Shown piece after piece: positions 24,849 through 39,421 of a stretch of DNA of 64,000 bases. The DNA comes from the human T2T-CHM13v2.0 reference genome, Homo sapiens. The position numbers were made by a program, and so were the translations under genes. The first letter of the stretch is position 1, and each line of letters starts with the position of its first letter. The notes beneath the pieces were generated by a model. That model had not been told where the DNA came from, did not search any database, and was given only the letters and a program-made list of their open reading frames with translations. The stretch lies in assembly GCF_009914755.1 (NCBI RefSeq), contig NC_060929.1; one strand, 5' to 3'.

Positions 24849-24934
24849 GAAGATGTCTTAGGTCCACCCCCTGACAATGATGATGTTGTTAATGACTTTG
24901 ATATTGAAGATGAAGTAGTTGAAGTAGAAAATAG
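24849..24934 (+). CDS. UBLCP1: UBLCP1 exon 4 (acidic linker)
   Basis: aatag|EDVLGPPPDNDDVVNDFDIEDEVVEVEN(R)|gtaagt; 86 nt. Confidence 0.96.
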
Positions 24935-25016
24935 GTAAGTGCTTTTCGCTTTAGAAGTAATCAGTTGTCATGTGAGAACAAGTGAATATTTTATCTAATT
25001 ATATGTTTTCCATTAG

Positions 25017-25132
25017 GGAAGAAAACCTACTGAAAATTTCTCGCAGAGTGAAAGAGTACAAAGTGGAAATTTTGAATCCTCCCAGGGAAGGGAAAAAGCT
25101 TTTGGTGCTAGATGTTGATTATACATTATTTG
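25017..25132 (+). CDS. UBLCP1: UBLCP1 exon 5 with catalytic DxDxT motif
   Basis: cattag|[38 protein letters not shown]|gtaagt; 116 nt; preceded by an 82-nt intron. Confidence 0.97.
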
Positions 25133-25668
25133 GTAAGTCAGTTAAGAATGCTTTTCATTTTCTGTTACCCACAACAACTCTTTTTTTCTTTTCTTTGTTT
25201 TTTTTTTTTCTTAGCAACTCATGGTTCTCGTGAAATACTTGAAAACTTTTCTTATTACAAAAGTAAATTGCTCATTGTAAAAAATACAGATAAGCAAAAA
25301 AAAAAGTCATCTGTAATCCTGATACCCAAAGATGACCACTCTTAGTAATTTGATATATATCTTTTAGACTGTTTGTATGGATCTCCTCTAAATCTTTTAT
25401 TTAATAACACATTGAACATCTTCTCAGTAAAATATTGTTTATTATGAATGATATATATATATGTGTGTGTGTGTATATATATTTTTTTATTTTTTTGGCC
25501 AGAAAGTATTCTAGTTTATGGATGCATCATCATTTAACCATGTTATTCCCTGTTGATTATAAATAATTTTTTATAAGGAATATTTTAAAAATTATGTTTG
25601 ATATTTTATCACTAGTTTTCTGTTTAGTTATATTCAAGCAGATTCTTGAATTTAAAATTTCTCATGTA

Positions 25669-25966
25669 GGCCAGGTGCAGTGGCTCACATATGTATCCTG
25701 GCACTTTGGAAGGCTGAGGTGGGAGGATTGCTTGAGCTCAGGAGTTGGAAATCAACCTGGGCAACAGAGCAAGACCTCATCTCTAATAAAAACTAAAAAT
25801 ACTCGCTGGATGTGGTGGTATGCACCTAGTCCCAGCTACTTTAGGAGGCTGAGGTGGGAGGATCACTTGAGCCCGGATTAAGACTGCAGTGAGCTATGGA
25901 GTGCCACTGCACTCCAACCTGGGTGACAGAGTAAGACCCTGTCTCAAAAAAAAAGAAAGAAAAAAA
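25669..25966 (+). mobile_element. AluJ-like
   Basis: Diverged dimer with A tail. Confidence 0.92.
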
Positions 25967-26511
25967 TGTTTTGTGTTCATTGAAAAAGAAAGATGTTCCT
26001 TTTATGTCTAATGTTGGCAAGAAATAGTTAACTTCTGATACTGGAATTTATTTCTAACCCTAAACCTAAAACATAAGTTAATGTACAGTTTTTAAAAATT
26101 TAATTAATTGGTTAATTGGCCTGTCATTTTGATGAAATGTGATTATATCTGCAAGGTAGATGACTAAAGGTGAGTATAAGTGGACATAGTTTGTTTTTCA
26201 TTATTAAAAAATAACATCTAAACTTTAGAGACTAGGTGAGAAAAAAATTTTCAGTTTACTACTTAAGCCTGAATTTTCAGTATTGCTTTTTGCAAATTGA
26301 ACAAAATTGATCGACTAAAATTGGATCTTAAGGATTTTAAATTGTGTTTTGAAAGACATCTTTTTGTCAGCCAACGTAATTCAGTCTGAAGCAGTTTGCA
26401 ATGAAATGTTTATGTTTGCATTTCGTAATATATTACATTTAATAATAATTGGTATTAGGTACTTGTTCATGATGGTAAACTAATAATTATTTATGATCAA
26501 TTTTCTTTTAG

Positions 26512-26610
26512 ACCACAGGTCTTGTGCAGAGACTGGGGTAGAATTAATGCGGCCATATCTTCATGAATTTCTAACATCTGCCTATGAAGATTATGACATT
26601 GTTATTTGGT
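26512..26610 (+). CDS. UBLCP1: UBLCP1 exon 6
   Basis: ttttag|(D)[32 protein letters not shown]|gtaagc; 99 nt. Confidence 0.96.
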
Positions 26611-26898
26611 GTAAGCTGTATTTTTTTGTTTAGATTTCCGTGGAAATAGGTTGTTCCATATATTATTGTGCTGTATAAAATGTGACTTAAAATGACCTGT
26701 GTTTAAATATGAAATAGTTTTCATTTTTTAGCAAATTTCTAAAATGAAGCATGTATCACAATATAAACTTAAACATATATTGGCCAAATACCAGTGAGAT
26801 AGTTAATTTAACTATAGGACATGAGTACATTATAGTGTAAGAATAAAAATGACTAATTTTCCCAATGACCCCACCTTGATTTGAAGTTTTTCCTTCTG

Positions 26899-27041
26899 AT
26901 TTTTTTTTTTTTTAACTAGGCACATATCTTTAGGGTCTCGCTGTGTTGCCCAGACTGGTTTTGAACTCCTGGGCTCAAGTGATCCTCCTGCCTTGGCCTC
27001 CCAAAGTGCTGGATTACAGGCATAAGCCAATGTGCCCAGCC
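26899..27041 (-). mobile_element. Alu monomer (FLAM-like)
   Basis: Antisense left-monomer sequence with T tract; flanking tttccttctgat repeat. Confidence 0.85.
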
Positions 27042-28322
27042 TTTCCTTCTGATCTTTGCTGTGAAATTCTTGATGCTTCAGAATATTTTTCTTTTCTCCT
27101 TTTTTCCTGACTCCAGTTTTAAAATACTTGGAAAAAGGTGTTTAAAACAAAATCACAGTGATATAGTTCTCTGGAAATAAAGGCAACTTGAATTACTTAA
27201 GGAAAAATTAATATGTGGACTAAAGCCAGTGACATTGAAATTGTGGTCTGCGGACCATTTCAAGAATGTACAGGTCTGTGATAAGATACTGAGTTTGTTC
27301 CAAGAAGTAAATATACTGTAATCGTAAGCACACTATTCAGTTCAATTAACGTTTTTTGGTAGCAAGATTTTCTTGGAAAATGAAGCAATGCATTGATTTA
27401 CATCCCTCCTCCCCACAAATATTTAAAGTTGCCTCTTGGCAATGTCATAAGCAGAGAAGAGTTATCCTGACTGAATTAAATGAAGTCCCATCAAGTAAAG
27501 GTGCTACATTTCATTGTACTAGGTCTTTGAGAGAAATTATGTTAGTTGTTGCAGTCTGTAAATTCATTTTGTATTTTTCCTTATAATCAGAGTACTTCCG
27601 TTGTTTGTGATATGTGAGTTCCATGTGAGTTCACAGCTGTTAAGATTAAAATTATTGTCAAAATATATAATTTTCTGGTTTAGTAAGATAAGGTGAAGAA
27701 AGCTTGCTGGTTTGTTTAGCAACTTTGACATCTAAGATGATATTTGAGAAAAAAGTTTATCCTTTAAATGTTATTAAACTAGACTTATAAAATTTGAGAA
27801 CCTTTTACAATAGTATATTTAAATTATTTTTATAAACTGTGATATTTTGTGGTAGTTCATTGAAAAGAGTACTTCACTTTGGAGCTAAATAGACTAGGAT
27901 TTTAATTCTGGCTCTGTTCTTACTGTGTGACACTGGACAGGTCACTTAATCTTTCTGAGCCTTAGTTCCCTCACTTGAGAAATGAAGATATCTAAATACA
28001 TATTACAGGTTAGTTGTAAGAATAGAAGTATCAATATAGCAACTAGTACTATGTCTGACATATAGTTACTTAATAATTAGAAACTTTTTATTAGCTGTGG
28101 GTCTTTTTGTTTTTCGTCTGATAATTACAGATACAAAGTAAGTACCGGATTAAAATTTTTTTCTATCTTATGATTATTTTCATTGGAGATACAATAGTCT
28201 TTAAAATTTTAGCTCAACTGACCAGTTTTGTACGTGTAAGGTGATTCTTCTGTTTTTTTGTATGTGTGCATGCTGAAGATTTTTTATTTTGAGAACTCAG
28301 GTTCCTCTTTTGCTTTTAAAAA

Positions 28323-28323
<1 letters not shown>

Positions 28324-28362
<39 letters not shown>
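28324..28362. repeat. (CA)n microsatellite, intron 6
   Basis: Perfect CA run of about 19 units. Confidence 0.97.
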
Positions 28363-28364
<2 letters not shown>

Positions 28365-29077
28365 CAAATAATTAAATTGCTTTTTCTCTTTTTAAACATT
28401 TTACTTGGTTATACCTGTATAGTTTAGTCCAGTAAACCAGGAGAGCACATAAAGATGAGGATTTAATTTTAGTATTAATGATCTCAAAGCTGGTTAATGT
28501 CTGACAATGAGCAGATACATGATGCAGGTATACTTCATGAATTTGTCTCATTTCTTGTTAGAAGCTGCTAGACTCAGTGAGCTTTAATTTGCTGAGACTG
28601 ACAAAATGCAGATTTTCACTGAACCTGACTAGCTGGTTTTCAACATAAACTTTTGACACATAACAATATGCTTATATTGACACTATGTATACCTGTGCAT
28701 TGCCTAGAAGTAGGAACATGGAAAAAAGTGATCCAGGCACCCAAGTTTAAGTTTGGAATTGATAGAGTGTCAGGGCTGATTTAAAAAGAGAGTTTAGGTC
28801 TTGATTTATAAATTTCCTAGGTTCAGAGTTCTTTTGAGCATGGATTACCTGTATCTTACAGATAAAAGTTGTTTAAAATTTATTCTGTCTTGAAGACACA
28901 CTGCAGTAAGTTTACTTTTATCAATATTTAAAAGAAAATTACCATAAGTATGCTAGGGACTGTTAATTCTGATGCATTTAAACTTTTAGTTTTGCTTAGA
29001 AAACTTACTTATACAGATTTTTTTTAAAGAAATTCAAGCTTTTCATATGTATTGTATTATCATTCCTCGTGTTTTAG

Positions 29078-29115
29078 CTGCAACAAATATGAAGTGGATT
29101 GAAGCTAAAATGAAA
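29078..29115 (+). CDS. UBLCP1: UBLCP1 exon 7 (38 nt)
   Basis: ttttag|(S)ATNMKWIEAKMK|gtaagt. Confidence 0.95.
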
Positions 29116-29640
29116 GTAAGTGTTAGAAAGCAATCCATTTAAAAATATTTTCAAACTGCATTTGTCTTGTTAAAAGTTCTAGAACTGAATTAATTTTATT
29201 CTTACTGGAGGGCACTTAGTAGATAGATAAATGCCATTATTGGGAGTAGAGGTGTTTTTAAAGTGTGTTTAATAAGTGGATTGTACTGAATCCCTAAGTC
29301 TTTTTTAAGAAAAAGTATAACTAAGCTTGTCCCCTCCCCCACATTCTTCCTCATTTTACAATAATACTTTATTTTCCTTCTTTTGCTCTAGTGTGCAATA
29401 CTTAAAGAGTCAGTATTCTCCTAAAATGGTAAATTAGGAAGTAATCTATTTCTATTTTCCTTGGTTTACCATTTATTGACTTGGCTAAGTGAAACTAAAA
29501 TACTTCCTAGTTGTTTAGCAAGATGTAGTGGCCAGTGGTGTAGAAAGTTGGCATTATGAGAAATTGCAGCTAGAATATTCAGAAAATCTGAAATTTTCCA
29601 CACTACTATGTTTTAACCTCACAAATATTTGTGTTTATAG

Positions 29641-29739
29641 GAGCTGGGAGTGAGCACAAATGCAAATTATAAGATTACTTTCATGTTGGATAGTGCTGCT
29701 ATGATAACAGTACATACTCCAAGGAGAGGATTAATAGAC
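29641..29739 (+). CDS. UBLCP1: UBLCP1 exon 8
   Basis: tatag|[33 protein letters not shown]|gtaaga; 99 nt. Confidence 0.96.
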
Positions 29740-29897
29740 GTAAGAAGTCATTTTATTTCTATTTAATGACACCATGGTTATTTTCCAGTGTACTTTTTAT
29801 GTTTATACCTATGGAGTAAATAGTGTAGAGATTCATCTGAGTGAATAATAAAGTGGTTGAGTTTTGACATAGGAAAATGTATTTAAGGTTAAAAGAT

Positions 29898-30203
29898 TTT
29901 TTTTTTTTTTTTTTTTTTTTTTGAGATGGAGTCTCATTGTGCCGCCCAGGCTGGAGTGCAGTGGTGCAATCTCGCTCACGCAAGCTCCGCCTCCCAGGTT
30001 CACGCCATTCTCCTGCCTCAGCCTCCTGAGTAGCTGGGACTACAGGCACCCGCCACCACGCCCGGCTAATTTTTTCGTATTTTCAGTAGAGACGGAGTTT
30101 CACTGTTGTTAGCCAGGATGGTCTCGATCTCCTGACCTCGTGATCCGCCTGCCTCGGCCTCCCAAAGTGCTGGGATTATGGGCGTGAGCCACTGTGCCCA
30201 GCC
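29898..30203 (-). mobile_element. AluY
   Basis: Y-diagnostic tcacgccattctcc and ccaggatggtctcgatctcc; long T tract; TSD aaggttaaaagattt. Confidence 0.95.
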
Positions 30204-30611
30204 AAGGTTAAAAGATTTGAATTTTAATGATAAAATTAGGGATCTTGAAGTAGGACTGTCAAGAAAGGAACTTGTGATTGTGGGTAATTGACCTGTGTTG
30301 ATGACAGCACAATGTTACTGGGCAGAGTAGGTGAGAAAAATACTGAATATTATCAAGGAAGATACTAGAAACAAGCGAAAACACTCACCCTGCCCTGTTT
30401 GAAACTGGTAATAAAAGCAGATGCATCATGATGCATGTACTTTGGGATGATGCTGAAGAATAGCAACAAGAACAATCAGAGAAAAGGGTTTGGCTAACCA
30501 GTTATTTTACTCATCAAGTAACTACTCATACTATTAAGTATCTACTGTCTGGAAGGCCCTGTGATAGGCACTGTTGGGAATAAAGAGATGAGTGAGACAC
30601 AGTCCATATCA

Positions 30612-30965
<354 letters not shown>

Positions 30966-32729
30966 CTAAAGTAAAATAATACATTTACAAAATCTTAACA
31001 TTAAAAATTACTTAGGGAAATGTTAAACATGTTTTATAACAGTGAAAAATTAAAGGAATAAAAATAATCCTCAATATCCAGCAATAGGGCATTGGATATA
31101 TAAATTACTGCTACCCATATAAGGGACTGTAGCTCGTCATTTGATGTAGTAGGATATGTAATGATTTAGAAATTTTCATGACACATTTAAGTGAAAGAAG
31201 TATTTTAGAGAACACTGTCGTAAGCCGTTAGAAAATAGTTCTTAACCTTTGTTTGGTTCAGGATTACCCTTAATTTAACAAAGAACCTGTCAACTCTCTG
31301 AGGCTGCTCTTGTTTATAAAAATGCCTGGAGTCAATGTATCAGAATATTGAGTTGTTGCCCTTGGTACTGACTAGATTATTGATTTAAAATTTTCCTTTA
31401 TGCTTTTCAGTATTTTCATGTTTTTTTTCTGTAGTTAGCAATATTACTTTTCTAATTGAGAGCAAAGTAGTTTGTGTTTTGGGGAACATAGGTGCTTGAC
31501 CTAATTAACAAATGACAGCACTTTTTAAGAGGATGTAGGATTTTTATTCTGGATGTCATAAAAAATGACCTCTGTTGTCATATTTCTTGAGGCTTTTGTT
31601 AGCTAAAAATCCACAAAATATGGCTTATTGTATTAATTCTTATATATTTGTCTTCATTTCGTGGGGGGAGTAGGGGGCGGTTTCTATTTCGGTAGTAAAC
31701 AAGATCAGTAGCAAAAAAAAATCAGGAAAGTAAAATTTTAGTAAATTAAAATATTTCATTAACATTTTTTGTAATAGGCAAGACAATAGGAAGGAAAAAG
31801 CTTTCTCCAAATTAAATTATAGGAGGAAAAAAATTTTTAAGTTACAACTTTTATCACTATTTATTTCTTACCACTTAATCTCATATATTTATTATTACAT
31901 TCTGTTCTCATAATACCGTAAGACTTCTGTCTTCAGCAAAAGTAATTTTCTAGAAATTTAAAAAATTTTCTGAATGTGTAATACATTTGCATGACTAAAA
32001 AAATAGTAAAGTACATAATGAAAAGTCATCTTTCACCTGGTACCTAGCCACAATCAGTGTTATTTCCTGTGTGGTCTTACAGAGACTTTACACAAATACC
32101 AACAGGTAAGACTATATAAGAAATTATTTATTTGAAGCTTCAGTTTAAGAATTCAGAAATAAGAGTAAGAATTTGTAAAATATGGTGCTTCCGAAGTTAA
32201 GCAATCAAATTCCCTAGAAATTATGCACCTGTGCCACTGAGTTAAAGACAAAACGAGTTTTTCCTCTATAAAATATTCAAATTATTAATTGAAAAAGCCA
32301 AATACAGTTTTTTTTTGACTAGGGTGTTCTAGTTTTGAAAGCAGACTCCATGTGACTCCCAAGCTCTGAGAAGGAATGTGTTAACCAAGGAAGTCATGTG
32401 ACTGCATAGCAGACATCTAAACAATTACTTTGGATTTTTAAAAAATTAAATAATTTATTTATTTTACCCAAAATCTTCACGTTAAAATTATGGAAAGTTT
32501 TATAATGGGTTTAGTTCAGTTGGACATGAACAAACCTTTCAGAAGTTTTAATATTGCAAAATGCATTGTGCTTTAAAGTGGGTTGCATTTAATGATTAGC
32601 TCACACCTGTCTTACAGGGGGAAAGGAACACTTTGGCATTGTTCTGCAGGGCAGTTTGCAGTATTCCTGCTTTTAAGACAGGATGAAATATTGATAAAAT
32701 TTGAGTTAAATGTAAACTTTTATTCTAAG

Positions 32730-32846
32730 GTAAAGCCTCTTGGTGTTATATGGGGAAAGTTTTCGGAGTTTTACAGCAAGAAAAACACCATTATGTTTGA
32801 TGACATAGGGAGAAATTTTCTAATGAACCCACAGAATGGACTAAAG
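32730..32846 (+). CDS. UBLCP1: UBLCP1 exon 9
   Basis: ctaag|[39 protein letters not shown]|gtaaga; 117 nt; contains the HAD motif-IV DD. Confidence 0.96.
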
Positions 32847-33041
32847 GTAAGACATACTTTTACTTGTTATGTGCTCATGTAATCTGGGCTGTGTGGTAGA
32901 ACTTTTGTAGTAAGCACTGTTGAATTTCATATATTTTTGGAAGTACTGTATTCTTATGTCATAGGCGAGAAAAGTTTAAGAATAATTCATATAGAAATTG
33001 AACTTTGTCTTTTTTGCATTGATGTCTCCATAGTTAGCTAG

Positions 33042-33363
<322 letters not shown>

Positions 33364-34807
33364 CAAGTGTTTTATTTTTAATTAGCTCTGTGGGAGCAAC
33401 ATGGGCTTCCCAACATTGACTTTTAGCATCCAAAGTGAAATCATTAGTTATTTTTTTAGGTATACAAATCTTGGCATTTTAAACATTCTGGTTAGCTTGA
33501 GAAATGGCAGTAAGGGTACTTTGTTTTTTCTTTTTAAACTGAAACTAAAGACGTTTTTGAAAATTCCTAGACGGCAAGTACAGATCTTAGAATTAGACAT
33601 TGCCAGAGCTAGAAGGAACCACAGTCATCTCTTGCCTACCTTCTTAACTTTGGAAACAGTCTGAGGTTGAAGAAGTTCCTGACTTGCCCAAGATTGTATA
33701 TGTAACTGGCTAATGACAGAATTTGGGTTAGACTCTAGTGACTTGGTTCCTAGGTCAGTGACAATCTTAGCATGCAACTGCATGCAGTCTTATGTGACAT
33801 TTCATCCTGGTAACAGTATAAAATTGGTAAGAGTGAAATTTGAAATTTAAAAGTTTCTGGTACCCATAGTTGATTACATGTTGGCGCAATATGAAAATGG
33901 AAAAGATAGCTCTATACTATGGCACTATTGCACATGGAGTCTCCATTCGAAGTGGCAGTCCTGACACTGAGATGTTTTCATTCTCAGTCCTAAACTTTTC
34001 TACTAGCTGGGTCCTTGGTAGTTTTAAAAGACAAGAGAGAAAAACTTAAAAGTACATTTTTTAAACCTTTCTTACAGACTGTTGATTTGAGTTTTTGTTT
34101 ACAATGAGGATATTTTAGGGAAAGAATACTAATCTAGGTAGTGAATTGCCATAAGTATAAAAACTGTTGACTTGGAAGAAAAGTGGTTATGTTGTCCTTA
34201 ATGGTTTCTGTTTAAGGCTTGGAGAGAAGTGCTTTTCTTAATATGTACTGCACCAGGTAAAGGTACAAAAATGTATTCTTGAGTCTTGAGAAGAAATGTG
34301 GTTGATGTAAACCTAATTGTTTGTGAAACGAATGGTTATTACCTGTTCTTGCAAGGAGGTGATCCCATGATGGTCAAGGAATAATTTTGGAGGAGACGTT
34401 TAACTTTAAAAAAAAAATACAATCATTAGTTTCATGTTTGTTTAAAAGAAACTTTGTTTTCCTAACCAACATTTGAGCTCCATTCATCTCTTGATGCAGG
34501 GAGAGATGTTATTGTAAATGTCTAGTTCTTTATGTTACTTTACAGTAGGGTTTTTAAAAGACTGTACTCAGTAGACCCACTGAAGGAATTCCTAAAAATA
34601 CGTATGTCCCCATCCCCTAAATTCTAATTCCAGAGGTAGATTTAGACACTCCACAGGCTGTCCTTGTGTGTCTTTTATTGAAAACCTCTTTTTTATAAAA
34701 TTAATCTACCCAAGATAACACTTCATGAAAACCTCTTTTAAGGTTAAAGATTAAAGGTTAAGATTAAGATTAAAGATCTGCCCACGTCGGCATAGAAACA
34801 GGTGGGG

Positions 34808-35093
<286 letters not shown>

Positions 35094-37701
35094 AGAAAGA
35101 GTTCTAAAATGGAGAAATATCCTCAAATGCTGTGTTTTGTTATCATGCTTTCATAATGCACTTGGTAGAAATCTCAAAGATTTCATGTAGATCTTAAAAA
35201 TAAGACTGCTCATTTTTAAAATAGTTAACTTCTATTAAACATAAGCTTGTCAGTCATAAGGTTTGAAGTACATGGAAGGTACTGTGAATATGAATTTAGA
35301 ATTACACTAAAAGAATGTGAATCTTGGTCATGGATAAAGCAGTTTATCGGCTGAAAACTCCATTTTTATTGTCTGTACAAGGAAATTATGATATAGGAGA
35401 ATTCAGCTTATCTAGACAGTCTTAAGTTTCTAAAAATGCTTCCTTGACCTGAGACAAGATGATGGTTTCCTGTCCTTTTAGTGATCACTTAGATCAGTTT
35501 TTAAAAATGTACAGTAAACAGTGGTTATACTGGAGCAAGTGAAGTCAATTAGGTGCATAGATTTTCACCCTTAATTTGTTTATTTAAAATTTTAGAACCA
35601 GAATCATTAGAATATTTTAGTTTTGTTGTTTAATAGTGCTTAAGAGCAAATGTTTGGAAAGTAAAAATAACTTAGCAGAGCCTTGGGTTGAAAATCTTAT
35701 TTACTACCCACCAACCCTGTAATTTCCTGCTGTTTAAATTTGGACACTTTGGTACATTATATATTAATTGCTTAAAAGTTAATTTGTTACCTTTCAGTCC
35801 TTAGGAAGTGAATGAAGGAATACTTTAAAACATTACCATATCACCCAGGATTATGCAGAAACTCATTTCACTACATCCTCATATCATGACTCTGTTTACT
35901 CCCATCCCCAGGGCCTAAGCAAGGCCCTGTAAAGCGTCGTCTTCAGCCCCCACATTCACTGCTGCTCGGAAACAGCACTGCTGCACTACCTTTTTGGAAG
36001 TGGGATCTCCCACAAATGCTGATTTCTGAGGAGACTCCCTTTGACAGCTCTTGACTGGTGCCCTTCAAGCAGTATGGGAGCCAGCTAACAGTGTGGAGGT
36101 CACTGGCACCAAGCTGTTCTGATGAGAGTAGAACACCTGGGAAAATTTTCTTCTGTCCATTTCAGATGGGTGGTGTTTTTCCAATGACAGAAGAAAAGTA
36201 TGTAAAAAATACTTAAACCCTTCCCTACACTTAATAGGTATGGTAGTAGACTCCTTTGGGCTCACTCATTGTTCTTGCTTCTCAGTAAGTGACAATGATT
36301 AAATATCATTCATTTTTCAGTGTTAACTGTGTAAAATTAATAACTAATGACCAAAAAAAAAAAAACTAATGACCAATTTGCATTTTCTCCAAATCAAAAG
36401 AATATACTAATACTTTGCTAAGTATGATGAAATCAGTCCTTACATGTGTGCTTTAGGAATATGTGTGCTTTAGGAATATGTATGATTTTTTTTTAACGAT
36501 AACAGAAAAATTCAAATGTAAACAGAACTATATAAAATTGCTTAAACCCCCATGTAGATATCATTCAGTTTAAATTAGCTTATTAATTCATGGATGGTTA
36601 TTGTTTGCTCTATACGCTACTTCCCTCTCCTTAATATTTTGAAGTAAATCTTAGTCATATCATATTATCTAAAATTAATTTAAAATTATTGAAAGACTAT
36701 CTTGAGTTGTATAAAGATATTTGAGCAGGTGTCTTTTACAAAACAGCAGAATTCTTTATTGAAGCTATAAAATAAGGAAAAGTGCATAAATTTATAGTTC
36801 AACAAACTGTAAAGATAATTCTTGTAAAAAATTTTATTCCACTAAAATTACTCATGATTTTCCTTTCCAAAGATAAACACTATTACCATCTTGATTTATA
36901 GTCCTCTAGTCTTTTTAAGCATAGATTTATGCACAAATCTAGATGAAGATTGCATATAAACATATGCATTCATAGCACCGCCACTCAAGTCAAGATATGG
37001 TATTCCTTACTAATTGCAGTCCCCTACCTCGGTCTATTATTCTGACATGTGTGGTTTGAAATAATGCTTTTTAAACTCTTTTTCATCATAAAATAGATCA
37101 GCCTTAAACATTTGGAAAATATGGCAGTTCTTTTTATGGAAAACTCTTGCATAATTAAAAATGATTTTAACGGAGAATTTAATGATAAAGAAAAATGCTT
37201 ATGATAAAATGTAGGAGGAAACAGGTTATATAAATGTATAATGATATCTCAGCTATATAAAAATTTAATAGAAAAATAAAATAAAAATCATCGTTAAAAT
37301 TTATCTCACTGTACTGTTAGATCAAGCTGGTATTGGGGTTAAATTTTTATGAATAAAATAATGTGAATGAAATTAATTAGAAGCAACTAGAATGATAGGA
37401 GGCGGGAAAGGCTAAGTAGTTTTGCAAAGTAGAGTAGCTGTGTATGGATTCAAGTGCAATAAGAAAGCTGGTGTTGTCAGGTTCAGATTGAAAAGATAAT
37501 GTTAGGTAAAATAGGTAGAAGAGTTTGTAATTTGTAAACATTATACATGACTTTCTATTTAGGCTAATATAAAAGTAATTTTTAGTATTTATGTTCTTGG
37601 TGATATTTTAACCTCATTAACTCTAATTGAAATGATAGTATAGATTTGTTAGTTTTCCTTATCACATTGTGATGTGTTGAGTAATGTTTGTTTCCTAATA
37701 G

Positions 37702-37829
37702 ATAAGGCCTTTTATGAAAGCGCACCTAAATCGTGATAAAGACAAAGAACTTTTAAAATTAACTCAGTACCTCAAGGAGATAGCAAAATTAGATGACTTT
37801 TTGGATCTAAATCACAAATATTGGGAAAG
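37702..37829 (+). CDS. UBLCP1: UBLCP1 exon 10
   Basis: aatag|[42 protein letters not shown](R)|gtaagt; 128 nt. Confidence 0.96.
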
Positions 37830-39393
37830 GTAAGTTTTAATTGCTTATTTATTTTCTCTTTACATCAATGAAGAAAAAATTATCATTTTTCATCAGTGAC
37901 CCCAGTATATATATAGCTGTCTTAATTTTTATTTAAAATAGGTGACTTCTAAAAACATTTTCTAATCCAGTGACCTACCCCCAAAAGTATTTTCCCCTTT
38001 CATCTTAACCTCTAACTTGTTCATAAACATACCTCTTGTAAACTCTTTAATACTTCTAGAAGAGAGAACTTGAGAGACTAGCATATGTTGGTGATGCTGC
38101 CTGTAAATTATTTTGTGATGTTAGGTAAGCTACTCCTTTATGAATCACATGGAATATAATCCCTCTTCTCATACTGTAACTTAATGTCAGGATAAGATAA
38201 AACACATGTAAAAATTTCATAAATAGTATTAAAAATTACCAGTAACTTGTGTGTAGCAGAGAAATTAGAAAAGTTTATCCTACTAAAAAAACAATTACTC
38301 ATAATTTTCCTTTTTAAAGATAACCACTGTTACCATCTTGGTATATAGTCTTTCAGTCTTTTATCTAAACCCAAATGTTTGCACAAATCTATATAGACGT
38401 TGCCTATAAACATCAAGGTTTTGAGACAGAGAAAAGTCCCCAGAGAAGTGGAAGGTATTACTATGTATTACAGTATTTGGGGGGGAATTAGATCTTTGAG
38501 GATCTGGTTCCAGTAATACAGCACCAAAAGAAACTATTTGTGTAATAATAACACTTTGGCTTTTCAGATTCCACTTTTGACTTTTCAGATCAGTTTGACA
38601 CAAGTCTTCTAAGAGTCTATAATCCTAATAGGAAGATAAAGCAGACATTTTTACCCCCATCTTTAAATTGCAAATGATGTAACTGAGTCATGGAGATAGT
38701 AAATACTTAGTGCAGTGCCACAAAGTGAGCAAATTGTACCAGCAAAACATGTCCAAGTTTGCTGATTTTAGGAACTCTTTCCCCATCCCCACACCACCAA
38801 TTATAGTAGTTTGTAAATGTTAGAAATAGAGATCAAGTTTTTAATTTAGTGGTAGATTTCTATTAAACAATATGAAAAACACTTGTTTGCTTAGTAATGT
38901 CTTATATCTTTTACACTCTTGATCAAAGACCTTTAGCATCTTTTGCCCACTGTCTTGATGTAACAAAAATAAGATCTTTATGGAGTTTGATCTGTATTTG
39001 GAAGTTACAATACTAGTTAATATAGTGACTTTCACATTGGAAGTAAGGCAGTATGGAGTGGTAGTCAATGAGTATGACCTCTGGAGCCTTGTTTTGAATC
39101 TAGGCTCTTCCACTTTCTAGCTGTGTGAATTTGGGCAAATTGCTTAACCTCTTTGTGCCTGTAAAATAGGAATAATTCTAATAGTAACTCCTCAGAGCTG
39201 TTGTGAAGACTAAATGAATTAATACATGTACTTAGAACTGTGCGTGCACATAATCAGTAGATGTAAGTGACTATTAAGAATACTCATCTTGAAATGTTTT
39301 GTCATTAGAACAAACTCCTTTGGGAGCAAAGTTAGGTTATCTTCATGAATTTAGCATGATACAGCTTTGACATCTTTATTTTATTTCTTGCAG

Positions 39394-39421
39394 ATATCTC
39401 TCAAAGAAGCAAGGACAGTAG
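39394..39421 (+). CDS. UBLCP1: UBLCP1 exon 11 coding part, stop TAG 39419-39421
   Basis: ttgcag|(R)YLSKKQGQ*; coding exon lengths sum to 957 nt = 318 aa plus stop. Confidence 0.95.

Noticed and set aside
34336-34380. Resemblance to the U1 snRNA 5' end (ttacctg...gatcccatgat...caagg)
   Set aside because: Needs several indels over ~40 nt and does not extend; compatible with chance.
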